NCBI GenBank assembly: GCA_040285825.1
Contig: JAUPSS010000003.1
Location: 2,666,001 to 2,730,000 of the forward strand
Direction: 5' to 3'
DNA: 64,000 nt
DNA from: Eukaryota sp. TZLM1-RC
Lineage: Eukaryota; Protista; Metamonada: BaSk clade
The position numbers and the translations under genes were made by a program. Positions 1 to 11,315 of the stretch are shown here, piece by piece. The first letter of the stretch is position 1. The number at the start of each line of letters is the position of its first letter. The notes under the pieces were generated by a model that did not search any database, was not told the DNA's origin, and worked only from the letters and a program-made list of their open reading frames with translations.

Positions 1-927
1 CCCATCAAAGCTATGCGAGACGAAGTTGCTGTCCTTAAGGAACATCTCACCATGATGAAGTCCTCTGCCTCCGAACCTATCTCGTTCGCCACCCATGCTC
101 GTAAGTACCATGAGCTCTTCACTGCTCATCTATACAAGGAAAACAACATATTGTATCCAATGATTGATGAGCATTTGTCTGAAATTGACCATCTCATGCT
201 TACCCCTACCGTCAATCCAGATCAACTCCAAGGTCTCCGTTCCCGTGGTCAGTCCCTCGTCTCTGAGTTTGCAGTCCCTCAACCGTTCTCGTGTCCTCGT
301 GCTGCTCAATTAGAAGCTGTGGAAAATTCTTCATCTAAAGTCCTAGTCTCTGAACATGTGAATATCAAGACCATGTTGAATCTGTTTCGAAAGTACTGCA
401 AGAAATGTTCTAGTTTGAATGCTCTATATGATGTGGCATTAGCTGGCAAGTTTTTACGATTCTTTTCTGAATATGCTGATGACGTGCATCATCAAAAAGA
501 AGAAAAGATTCTTTTCGTTACTGCAGAACAACACTCTTTTCCAGTTAAAGGTGGCCCAATTGAAGTGATGTTGCTTGAACATGACCATAATAGAGAATTA
601 ATGCAGGCTATGAAGAAAGCACTTGCCAATGATGACGTTTCCGCTTTTATAGCTGCTGGCTTTGAGTATGTTCAGCATTTAACTCAACATATTTACAAGG
701 AGGATGAAATTTTATTTAAATTACTGGATAGCCACTTCAATGATTCTATCCATGCACAATTGTCCAAAGCCTATGAACAAGTTGATCATGACAGAAGGGA
801 TAGTGTTGGTGAGTTGCTGAGGTTGATGGGGGAGGTTGAGGGGGTTTTAGGAGAAGGAGAAGGGGTGACAATTGAGTTGAGTTGCGATGGATGTTCCAAA
901 CAGTTGGAGTGCCATTATAGATGCTAA
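1..927 (+). CDS. Multi-domain hemerythrin (HHE cation-binding) protein, 5' partial
   Basis: Frame is open from base 1 (PIKAMRDE). Repeated motifs HLYKENNILYP, EH...HHQKEEKILF, GPIEVMLLEHD and HIYKEDEILF are typical of bacterial-type hemerythrin domains. Confidence 0.9.
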   Translation, partial: PIKAMRDEVAVLKEHLTMMKSSASEPISFATHARKYHELFTAHLYKENNILYPMIDEHLSEIDHLMLTPTVNPDQLQGLRSRGQSLVSEFAVPQPFSCPRAAQLEAVENSSSKVLVSEHVNIKTMLNLFRKYCKKCSSLNALYDVALAGKFLRFFSEYADDVHHQKEEKILFVTAEQHSFPVKGGPIEVMLLEHDHNRELMQAMKKALANDDVSAFIAAGFEYVQHLTQHIYKEDEILFKLLDSHFNDSIHAQLSKAYEQVDHDRRDSVGELLRLMGEVEGVLGEGEGVTIELSCDGCSKQLECHYRC

Positions 928-1289
928 TTGATTTTTTTTGGCCATTTTTCGTTTCTTTAAGATATAAATAGTTATGTTTAAAATATAATTAATCGTTTTT
1001 AACACTGTAAATGAACAATTGAATACAACTTAATGCCCCAATAAAGCTCAAATTTTTGCCTGAAATTGACAATCCAACAAAGAATGACTTCCTCTAATGT
1101 TTGAAATATCAACCACCAGATGATGAATTAAACCATCCAGGTGATACCTGGTGAATGATTCTTCATTCAATCTCCATTAATCCAAAATTGCAAGGACTCC
1201 ACGGAAAAAGATCAAATTGCTTCAGTGTTCGTGGGCCATTGTTAATTATTCAAAAAAGTTTGTGCTTCATTTATCTTGCAATTGTAATT

Positions 1290-1905
1290 ATTTAATTGCA
1301 AATTTAATATTACATTTCGCTCAGTTGTTCATGATGCTGTAAGAGATCAATTGTATGCTATGTGTAGAGCAACCATATTGAATCTTTTGTTGAACCACTT
1401 GCGCGTAAATAGTCACCTGAAAGTGAAGATAATAGTACTTTGGGAAACACCGTGCTGATTTAATTACTCCTGGGTCTAATGGTGTGTTCAATGTTTTTGA
1501 AGTTGTCACTGTTGATGTTTGTAAAGAATCAGCAATTAATTTTGCTAAAAAGGTGAAACTCCTCTTGCTTTGCTGAGAACACAATCAAAAAGTACAATGA
1601 GCCTTTATCTCAGCTAGGGCGTGTTGAGCATGTAAAATATCCGCTAGTTCCATTTGCTGTTTCTCTTTTTGGTAACATTGGAATATCTGGTATTAATTTT
1701 TTTGGTTTCAGATTTTTAATGAAGGAAAGAGTAGGAAAAGAGTTGAACTTTAATTTCTGGCACAATTAAATTGTTTTTAGTATTCTTAAAGCAATTCCAG
1801 AAATGTTGACCAAAGCACTGTTACAATTAGCAATAGAGTATGAAAATCGCGCACTGAAGAGATTTGATGATGTTGATGCGTGTATTGAGGATATGAGTTC
1901 TAGAT
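1290..1905 (+). pseudogene. Degenerate 3' fragment (RLE domain) of a non-LTR retrotransposon
   Basis: Frameshifted translation LLNCKFNITFRSVVHDAVRDQLY...RADLI...DV...KKYNEPL...PFAVSLFG resembles the RLE C-termini of the other copies in the window. Confidence 0.8.
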
Positions 1906-2998
1906 TTTTGTTTAATTGTTCTGTTGGCGTTGGAAAATAAATAGACTGTTTTTTTTAAAAAAATCATCAGAGCCAAAATCATTCAATGACAGCGTGCTAT
2001 TTAGCAAAAACAGTGAGACACACGAAATTTTTGCATTTCTAGTCATATTGGAAACTTTATTTTTAATAGTATTATTGAATGATGGTGTTGTCAACATTTT
2101 TGTTGAATTGCAATCGTACCTGTGAGTCCTATTTTTTAATTAGACCTGTTCAATGGTCTTCAGAAAAATCATGGTTCAATCCGAGTCTTTTATTAGTTGA
2201 ATATTACCTTTATTGGTTTAGTGGGTTGAATTTTAGGTTGAATACTAATCCCTTTTCTTTTCCCTTCCCTGCTTAATCCCTGCCTAATTCCTTTTTTGTA
2301 TAACCCATATCAGAAAATTTTTGGGCGAAAAATCTGGCATTAATTAAATTTTCAAACTAAAAACTTAACTTCATTGCAGAAAAATGAGCTAAGAGATTAC
2401 GGTTATCATCCAAGTTGGTATTTGCAAATATAATCGTCAACTCCAAGATTGAGGTTCTCATTGAAGAACCTTTTTGTTTAATGGCCATAAGATTTTAATG
2501 GTGGACCATATGAAGATGGTACTCTCTTCTGGCAAGGAGGAGAACATCAGGCTATATGCAAGGATTATTCCAAGGACTGCAGTGATTCACTATTCAACAG
2601 GATAATATTTTGAGTGTTAGTCAATCCGAAAAAGACAGTATCGACAGCAACTAGTAGTCTTGGTGTCAAATCAGCCCTTTTAGAAAGTTCACCGAGACTG
2701 AAAAATTGATGTGTGAATAGATTAAGTCCACCATGTTTGTGAAAGAAAGCTACTTGCAACTGTAATCAATAATGTAAAACGACCTTAGCTGTGACTTTAA
2801 CAACCATGGCAAGCTCAGGAATGTACTGTGGATTAGAGAAATGCCATTCTCTTATCAAAGTGTAATATAAAAAGTTCTGTACAAGTAGAAGGTGTGGAGT
2901 TAATGAGTACACTATTATTAAACAATAGTTATTACAGATGAGAGAAACACCACTAGAAAGAGTACACGGGGAGTCCTAAAGCTCAAAAAAGAAGGTAA

Positions 2999-4400
2999 GT
3001 GAGGGAAATAAGAAAATAGTTTATGAAGTGAGGGGAAAGTGTGGGAATAGTGAAAAATTCGCAAAACCAAGTTGAAGGTTAAACACCTCCCAAAACAATC
3101 AACAGAAGTCGAAAATGGGGTGACAAGTGTAGAATTTGATACATGAGCTGTTTATTCTCACTACATGACAGACACCCACTCTGTGTCACGTGTATTCACT
3201 CGATCTTGTACACTTAACTCGCTGCTGACCCCTGCTGCAGTGCAACAAATTCGAACTGACCTTCCTTTGGTCACCGAAATTTGTCATGAAGCTTCTGTAT
3301 TGCTTCAATCTTTTCTTCTAAATTTTTCGTTGGCATCTAGAGCTTTAGTGGAACATGATGTATGGTATCTGTTTATGACCGTCATCACCAGTGGTTCTTT
3401 TCCAGAGCCATCCCCCTTCAAAGGACAACGCCATTTACTTCATATCTTTTACAATGGATTTCTTCCTGAAAGCCCACAAGACAGGTCTCTTGTTTCTTCA
3501 TGGGAAAATTCTTTGGTGCCTTATAGAAATTCATTCAATCTTTTTCTCAATGCTTGGCTGCAGTCTCAGAAATGTAATTTTATCAATAGAAAACGGCTTC
3601 TCATTACCTTGCTTGTCTGGGCTCGTAAATTAGCGTCTAACGTGAAGACAAGTTCACCTAAAATTTGTCAATCCTGGACAAACAACTTCATTCGTGCTCA
3701 TTGTAGAGCCCTGGATAAAACAAATGTATGTGTCAATTATCTTATATCTCTTTTACCAGACAAACCCTTGGCCCAACCCGAAGAAGTAGACGTTGATTCT
3801 GTTCTCGAACATTGCATCAATTTCCATGTGAAAATGGTTGTGTTATCAAAAGGACGTGAAGCACTTGTCAAACAGTGAATTTAATACAAGCAAACTGTCA
3901 AGTTGTTGCATGGCCGAGAGTATTCAAGCAGGCTCATGGCAGATGCGTATTTGTACTGAGTGTCAAATAGAAAATAACAGAGATATTTCCGTTGCAAAAA
4001 ATATTCAAATAAAGAAAAAAGCGGAATAGTGACTGGAAAGATATATTTGCACAAAAGATTGGTTGAGGAAATGAATGGGGAACCTGAACATACAGAAACA
4101 AAAACTTTGGAAAAACTGATATTTTATTTTGAGTTTTTTATTCTATTATTGATTTTTTTGAAAAACTTTTGAGACCGATCTACAAATATCTTAGTAGCAT
4201 TTGGTAGTTCCACTTAAATACATCATGTCGCGGGGCTTTGTTCTGTGAAATCAGTAGGTGTATTTAAGTGAAGTAGCCCATTGATGAAGATCATGATTGT
4301 CTTTGTCAAATGACGCTACATGTCTCTTATAGCCTGTGAGTAGACATTGAGAAAGTTGAAAACAGGAGTGAATTTCACATGGGAATGCATAATAAGTGAA
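2999..4400 (+). mobile_element. Internally deleted copy of Fanzor family 1 (non-autonomous)
   Basis: 3165-3825 matches the N-terminus of the 651-aa ORF and joins directly to its C-terminus (EFNTSK...CTEC...RDISVAKNI). It shares the 5' leader and the 3' non-coding tail; RuvC-I is deleted. Confidence 0.92.
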
Positions 4401-4442
4401 TAAATAAATATTGGTTTAGTGGGTTTCCTCAAAAAACAAGCA

Positions 4443-4934
4443 ATGTTCGACTCCTCTTCCTCCACCTTCCGCAAGAAAGTAACTCCATATCTCTCAGGGT
4501 TCTTGTTCACAGTTGGCATCTTCTTCTTTATTGATGCTGTACGTTTTCTTGTTTTAACTCTTTCACCGCAGATTGCTTATACACGCTTCCTAGACTCAGA
4601 CGACCAGCCTTCTATCCGTGTTTTCTTCTGGATTCCAGCACTTCTCGCTCTCGTGGCTTTCATGGGTCTCCAGATGATTGATCTTTCAAAGCTCCGGGGT
4701 GATGGATTCGGTGATGATGCCAAGATTACCCGCTACGGTCTCTTCTTTGTCATGTTGATAGCGTTCTCCTCTATCTTTATTGCTGTATGGATCCTCGTTG
4801 AACAGTACGTTCCAGAAGGCTCAGATGCATCTATTGATTCATGGCCGGGCTTTGCCCTTATACTGCATGTATTTTTGGTGTTACTGTCATCTTTTGTTCT
4901 TGCTGCTGGTAAATCACAAAGTGATGGTTTTTAG
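4443..4934 (+). CDS. UPF0220/Vps68/TMEM50-family 4-TM protein; probable 33-nt intron 4539-4571
   Basis: YLSGFLFTVGIFFFIDA, WIP and WPG motifs; four TM segments; in-frame intron candidate GTACG...TTTAAC...CAG. Confidence 0.8.
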   Translation: MFDSSSSTFRKKVTPYLSGFLFTVGIFFFIDAVRFLVLTLSPQIAYTRFLDSDDQPSIRVFFWIPALLALVAFMGLQMIDLSKLRGDGFGDDAKITRYGLFFVMLIAFSSIFIAVWILVEQYVPEGSDASIDSWPGFALILHVFLVLLSSFVLAAGKSQSDGF

Positions 4935-5535
4935 TGGAATGTAATTAGTGGTATAAAGTCATTTGTTTTTAAAGTCCCTTTTTTTTCTTATTTTTGTTTG
5001 TTATTATCTTTATTTATTGTTTGGGTCTTGTTTAGAATCAAGAAAAAACGATTTTACACAACATTTGACTGTCACTCTGGAAACTTATCCTTGAAAAAAT
5101 TGGTGGTCCTAAGCACCACACCACTAGAGAGACTGTTGTCCTAAGCATGCTTGCTTTGGTTTCTGTATAGACTCACAACATTCCATCCTCATGTGTTTTC
5201 CTTCCAAGGAGAACTTAATCAAGTTCAATCGAATGCCTTATTGGTCAAAATTGGCTGTCAATTGTTGTTCACTTTGTAAAAATCAATCAATTCCAAGACA
5301 AAGCATAGGTGTAATTTATTGTGAACTTTGTGCCTGAATCAATGTTTCTTAGTGATTTGTTTTAAATTTAAATTAATATGTACATTTATAAGCTACACAA
5401 TCCAAACCTTCACCTAGTCAAAGTAATCTTAATTAACACAGAAAACTAGAAGAGCGAAGCCAAAACAAAACAGTTGAAATGAACCTCAACAAGAAACTAA
5501 ATCAATCAATCAATCAATATATTTGATGAACCAGT

Positions 5536-6390
5536 TTACTTGAAACTATCATCAAAAACTTCACTGCCATCAAGACTGCAGAAACTCTCATTTAAATAGT
5601 TGCTCACATCTAAAGAGTTAGGGTTAGGGTTAGGGTTACTGATATTTGATTCTTTAATCTCAATCAATGGAGAGGTTTCCACGAGACTAGTCAGCGACAA
5701 ATCATCACTCTCAACATGTTCAAAATCGATGTTATGGATTGACTGCTGGAATTCACTAGGTGATGAATCAAATCCCTCTGGACTATCGTGATCATAAGCG
5801 ATTGCTTCATCAATTTTGATTGATTGATTGATTGATTCAGCGCTGTGGTCTGCACTACTGTCAACATCCTCCTTGATTAAAGTACTGCTTTCCTGTTCTA
5901 ATTGTTCAAGTAAGTGTTCTAGTTTTTGAAAGCTGCTGTATGGAAGTTTCTCAACTCGCTCCATAAAGTCTTGGATATGTAATGGCTGATTACGACTATT
6001 AGTCACATCTTCATCTTCTTCATCAACTACATTCTGTTGGAAATGTTGATTGTCCTCTGTGTATGGTGCTTCTGGACTTCTTGTGGGACAAATTTTAAGT
6101 TGTGCAACATCATCTGCCTTGATAACAACAGAACGATGTGCAGTGGACCATCTAGAACGAGCATGTCGTCCTGAACTGCTACCTGATGACGACGGAGACT
6201 GCAATCTTGTACAATTCGAAGCTTTGTTTGAATTTGCACCTGAAAAGAAAACGTTGAAAGCTGTTTCACGTTCTGAGGGCTGTGTTATCGTATGTTGTTC
6301 CAGAAAACGAGCACGCCCTTTGCGTTGTCTCTGCTGTTCTAGAAGTGCTTGGTAGGTAGCATTTGTGTGAGCCAAGCTCGGTGTAGGCAT
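5536..6390 (-). CDS. Hypothetical low-complexity protein with KATNIP(KIAA0556)-like N-terminal motif
   Basis: 284-aa ORF. YQALLEQQ...RETAFNVFFSGANS resembles the KATNIP N-terminal motif as recalled; the rest is acidic and low-complexity. Confidence 0.5.
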   Translation of the reverse strand: MPTPSLAHTNATYQALLEQQRQRKGRARFLEQHTITQPSERETAFNVFFSGANSNKASNCTRLQSPSSSGSSSGRHARSRWSTAHRSVVIKADDVAQLKICPTRSPEAPYTEDNQHFQQNVVDEEDEDVTNSRNQPLHIQDFMERVEKLPYSSFQKLEHLLEQLEQESSTLIKEDVDSSADHSAESINQSIKIDEAIAYDHDSPEGFDSSPSEFQQSIHNIDFEHVESDDLSLTSLVETSPLIEIKESNISNPNPNPNSLDVSNYLNESFCSLDGSEVFDDSFK

Positions 6391-6550
6391 TTAATGACAA
6401 AAATTGAATAATCAATTGCACATTATTTGAATTCTTTAGACCTCCTCACTTCATCAAATACAATTAGATCTCAAAGGACGATATTTCTGACAAGAATTGA
6501 TGGAGGTCTACAATTACCAAGAACAACAATTGTTTTTGTTTAGCTCAAAG

Positions 6551-6725
6551 TTCACGGATTCAATTTGCCATTATTAATAGATTACCAGAGTTTTTCAATC
6601 GAATAAGAGAAGCCTGTGCTAGACAGCAAGCAGATCAAGATTTTGTAGAGGAAATCTTGGTTCAATGATAGTCGTCCCATTCGTTATGAGTTAATTTAAT
6701 TAAGTGTGCAAATTCAATAAATAAA
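6551..6725 (+). mobile_element. 3'-end fragment of non-LTR family A
   Basis: Near-identical to 9247-9415 and 53012-53184; ends ...GTGCAAATTCAATAAATA. Confidence 0.85.
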
Positions 6726-6992
6726 ATTTAGCTCTTAAAATGTGGAAATTCAAAAAAAGATATTTATTGTTTAATGTTGCCATAGGTTATTTTTTGTTCA
6801 AATATTATATAATCATTTGTTTTAAAGGAATTTCTCCAACCAACTCCTATGATTTATCAGAAGAATCCACCCTTTTCCACACAATATTTGTTTTTAAACA
6901 AAGTACTACATTCCGAAAAAAACATGATTCCATAAAATATGGCAAAATTAAGGTGAACGCTGACCAAATTGTAGTCCACAGTAAATATTGTC

Positions 6993-7066
6993 GCTCTCTT
7001 AGCTCAGTTGGTTAGAGCGTCGTGCTAATAACGCGAAGGTCACAGGTTCGATCCCTGTAGTGAGCA
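6993..7066 (+). tRNA. tRNA-Ile (AAT)
   Basis: Cloverleaf GCTCTCT...AGTGAGCA; D-arm AGCTCAGTTGGTTAGAGC; anticodon loop CT-AAT-AA; T-loop GGTTCGATCCC; followed by TTTT. Confidence 0.96.
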
Positions 7067-7084
7067 TTTTCCCCTTGTTTTGAG

Positions 7085-9415
7085 ATGATGGGAAATTCAA
7101 TAATTGAAAACGTAAAAGCCGCATTTGTAAAAGCCGCGATTATTTCTTCAGAAGATTGCCTTGGTTTATTGACCAAATTTTTCAACCAAATATTATCTGG
7201 TCAACGCAAGTACCCAGAAGAATTAAGAAGTTCTCGTTTGACTGCACTTGTCAAAAATTCAAAAATGGATGTTCGCCCTATTGCAGTCCCTGAGAGCTTA
7301 CATAATATTGTTTCTGCGTGTTGCTTAAGCAGGTTCAATGAAAAAGCTAAAAAGATTCTATTACCCTTTCAATATGGTATAAATACTACAGATGGAGTCT
7401 CTTCAGCGATTTTTGCTACTGATGTCTTATTTCGTCAAAATGAATCCAATGTTTGCATGTCATTGGATTTTAGTAATGCTTTCAATTCGCTAAGTCGTCG
7501 CAGTATCCATGGTGCTCTATTGCAATATATGCCAGAATTAATACCATATTTTCAATCAACATATTGCACATATTGTAATTTACATTTTGGTAACAACATT
7601 TTGATTTCATCAAGTGGCGTAAAGCAAGGAGATCCGTTAGGACCTCTTTTGTTTTGTTTGGCCATTCATCCTATTCTACTGCAAATTCAAGAGATGTTTC
7701 CTTCACTAAAAATGATTGCATATATGGATGATGTTGTGCTTATTGGTGAATTAAATATTGTGAAAAAAGCAACTGTATGTTTTAAAGAATTATTTACCAA
7801 AATTGGTCTCCGACTTAATTTACTTAAATGTGTTTTGTTATCGAATTCTCCAGTTTCCACAATAATTGATGATATTGAAATTCAAGCCAAATTATATTCA
7901 ATTGATGCTATTCGTCATTTGGGTTCGTTTTTAGGAAATAATGATGAAATAACCAATAAATTGTTTGAAAAGTTGAACTCAATTTCTGACAAAATTGACC
8001 GAATGATGAATTTAGATATAAAAAAACACATCAAATTTACCATTATAAGACTGTGTTTTAGTTCCAATTTTAATCATATATTTCGATCTACAAATCCTCT
8101 CGTCACTAGACCTTTGGCTCAAAAGTTTAATGAGTTACGTGCAAAAGTTCTGTCTCAATTACTGGGATGTAAAATGTTTCAAATTCCAGATCATGCTTAC
8201 CTGAGTCCACAATATGGTGGTTTAGGGTGGACGAAGGCTTCTATTCTTACTTCGTGTGCTTTTGTTGGTGGATGCAGAAATGCAATCTTTGAGTTCTCCG
8301 AAAGATTTGCAGATTGGGAAGATTTATTGATGACAACGCAAAGTTCCACTGTTTTTGCATTAAATGAAGAAATTTCAAGAATTGATGTAGAAAAATGGGG
8401 TCGATGTTTTCCCCAATCATTCAATGGCAATATTCCAGAAAAAAATGTTTTAAATTTGAAGTATACTCTTCGAACATTACAGAAAAGATTGACTGGAATG
8501 TATGAAAAAGATCTTTATAATAATATTTGCAGCTCGTCTGTTTTAAATCAAGATCTTCACTCATTGTTATTGGAAAAGGGTGTTTGTGAAAACAAGGTGT
8601 CAGATTCTTCACTTTTTGTAACCATTGTACCACGAAGATTTGGATTGTGTGCTACTAATGAAGCATTTGTAACAAAAATGAGATTATAGTTGAACATTCC
8701 CATTAACCAATTATTATCAAAAGAAAAATGTATTTGTTCGAATTCACCTCAACTCACTTTGCGCCATGCTCTAAATTGCTCTAAATTGATAACTTATCGT
8801 TCTTCATTACATGATGCTGTTAGAGACACTGTTTTCAATATGGCACAAACCGCAAGAATAGCGTGTATCAAAGAGCCCCTGCTGAAAGAAACACTTTCTC
8901 TAAATAATTTTGGTTCTGATGATAGAGGTGATGTATACTGTGATTGGATTGATAATTCTGAAGCTATTGTTGACTTTGTCTCATGTAATGTTGCAAATGA
9001 TACTTTGTTTCACAGAAGAAAACTTAATCCTGTGGCTGCTCTGGATTTTAAAGCAAAAGAAAAACATAGAAAATATGATAAAGAAATTGAAGATGCAAAT
9101 ATCGATAGAAATACACAGCTGGTTTTTATTGCTTTCCCATTTTCGATAAATGGAAGATTATCAGTTGAAGCAGAAATTTTTTTGGATGACTTCCAAAAAA
9201 TGGTGAAAGAAAAAACAATGAAAAGATTTGATATTTTTTTATGGCGTTCACGGATTCAATTTGCCATTATTAATAGATTACCGCGGTTTTTCAATCGAAT
9301 TAGAGAAGCTTTAGCTAGACAGCAAGCAAATCAAGATTTTGTAGAGGAAATCTTGGTTTAATGATAGTCGTCCCATTAGTTATGATTTAATTTAATCAAG
9401 TGTGCAAATTCAATA
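7085..9415 (+). mobile_element. 5'-truncated RLE-type (CRE/R2-like) non-LTR retrotransposon, family A; RT + CCHC + RLE, one in-frame TAG at 8687
   Basis: RT motifs VRPIAV, LDFSNAFN, GVKQGDPLGPLLF, AYMDD; then CICS..HALNC, HDAVRD, EP..RGD..DF..KEKHRKY. Confidence 0.93.
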
Positions 9416-9429
9416 AATTAAATAATTGA

Positions 9430-9770
9430 TCGGAATAATATAAAATTGCTGAATACGGGAAACATATTTCTGCTGTTACTGCAAATTCTGCTGTCCAATT
9501 TAATTTATTTCCCTTCAAAGTTTCTTTGCTCGGTTCTTTAGGTAAGGCTGCTTTGGCATTCGTTGAAAATTTCATTGTAGTTTTAAAGGAAAGAAGTGGA
9601 AGAATATCCAATCGTGTACATTGGCAAAACAGGATTGTATTTTCTATTTATGAGGGAATTGCACAATTAATTTCTGATTCATTTTCTTCTTTTGGTAAAT
9701 TTTCTGAATCTTGAATTATTAATTGTTTCGATGTAGGAAGAGCAGGCTTTGAGAATGTGGAACTTTAGTT
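9430..9770 (+). mobile_element. 3' fragment of non-LTR family D
   Basis: KYKIAEY...SLLGSLGKAALAF...WQNRIVFSI matches 43276-43600. Confidence 0.8.
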
Positions 9771-10120
9771 GTGTAATTGATGATTTTTTATTGGGTATAT
9801 ATATTTTATTAAAGAAAATGGATCATGTCAATAAGTTGGAGATTCATTTTCCATCAGGACAGTAGAAGATTTTCAATTGTATACCATGTGAGATGTCAAG
9901 TTCCAAAAGACTATGTATGAATAATTTCTAGGAAGAGTTGTTTACCATTGATAAAACAAGTACGGACTTTGTATGGAAAATTGAAAATTGAAAATTATGA
10001 TGATGTTGAATTAGCCGATAATACAAATAATAAATATTGTTCAACCAAAAACAATTCAAAAATTGGTAAAGGTCTAATTGATATGCAAAATCTCCAACAC
10101 TTTAGCCTCCTCAAACAAAA

Positions 10121-11017
10121 CTAAACAAAACTCTGAAGGGAATCGAAAACTTCTTCAATATATTGGGATTCATTTTGACGCAAATAAGTGTGAGTTTCCA
10201 TTTGATATACCCCATCACAATCAACTTCCATAGCATCAGCAGCATATTCATTGGACCAGTTTGGAGAGGCGAGGTCCATTCTGTCTTCCATTACCCGATA
10301 CTCTAATCGTTTCAGAGCAATGGTAATCTGAACAGAAAGCTTTGCCATCATGCCGATAATGTTGAATCCTACTTCAGACCATAGTCCTAGTTGCCCAATA
10401 TCAAAACCATCATGACTGAGAACCCATAGGATTGGGAAAGGAGTCCATGTGATTACAGTAAGGAGAGAGAGACTTCTCAGAGAAGAAGAACCTTTAAACA
10501 AAGATTCCTTTCCTCCAGAACATGTTTTGACAAGGTTGTTTAGGTTAATCCCCATTAGGACAAAGTGTATACAGCCAAAAGCAAAGAAGATAGCTTTCCA
10601 CTTCACACTGCTGGACAATGCGCCAAGAAGACCAGCAAAATTAGTGATGAAAACGTGAAACACCATGAGCATTGGCTTTAGTTGTCCTACATCAGCTATG
10701 ATTCCAAGCTGAATTTGTAGTAGTGGACATGTGATACACCAGTCAATGTACCGAGATATATTTACTGGATTGTTGTGGTTTTCAAAGTCAAAGAGGTCAC
10801 TGATACTGAGTAAAATACAAGTACCAGAAATAAACGCGATAATCGCTGAAAGTCCGTTTAAAGAAGACGCTTTGTTGGTAAGTCGTACACAAACGTCATT
10901 TGAACTAGTCGAACATTGTTCAGGTTTAGTGGGATAAAACGATTTGAAGTAGAAAACACATCCTGTTATGAAAAAAACACTGAGGGTGAAGACATCAGCG
11001 ATACCTGAAGGAGGCAT
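10121..11017 (-). CDS. Microbial (type-1) rhodopsin, DTQ motif, helix-G Asp replaced by Gly
   Basis: Seven TM segments; helix C RYIDWCITCPLLQIQ; helix F TWTPFPILWVLS; helix G GMMAK with the retinal-binding Lys. Confidence 0.93.
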   Translation of the reverse strand: MPPSGIADVFTLSVFFITGCVFYFKSFYPTKPEQCSTSSNDVCVRLTNKASSLNGLSAIIAFISGTCILLSISDLFDFENHNNPVNISRYIDWCITCPLLQIQLGIIADVGQLKPMLMVFHVFITNFAGLLGALSSSVKWKAIFFAFGCIHFVLMGINLNNLVKTCSGGKESLFKGSSSLRSLSLLTVITWTPFPILWVLSHDGFDIGQLGLWSEVGFNIIGMMAKLSVQITIALKRLEYRVMEDRMDLASPNWSNEYAADAMEVDCDGVYQMETHTYLRQNESQYIEEVFDSLQSFV

Positions 11018-11315
11018 TCAGTGAGCTACTACTGCTGATGAAATCAGGCAGGAATAGCTGTAAAAAGGAAAGAACAAACTTGAAACAAACTTTTATGATT
11101 TTCATGATTATGGTGATTTGTTTGAAAATAATTGTACTTTAGAAGTGATAGTTTTACAAAATAATAGTATGGTTAGAGGACATCATCATCGAGATGGTAG
11201 AATGATCGAAGTCATGATGTGTGATGAAACAAAAATAGATTAAAAGAATGGTAATATGTGCAACATTGAATCATTGTTACAAATATTGTCTATAACAATG
11301 AAATAAGTGTCCTTT

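Noticed and set aside
2220-2298. ~75-bp dispersed repeat, inverted copy at ~34913-34983
   Set aside because: Real similarity, but no ends, TSD or coding evidence to classify it.
5617-5638. (TTAGGG)3 telomere-like repeat
   Set aside because: Too short; it encodes NPNPNP inside an ORF.
8687-8689. In-frame TAG here and at 59823 suggesting TAG reassignment
   Set aside because: Host genes (Vps68, rhodopsin, CWP-like, P-loop) end at TAG as expected; both cases are in decaying elements.
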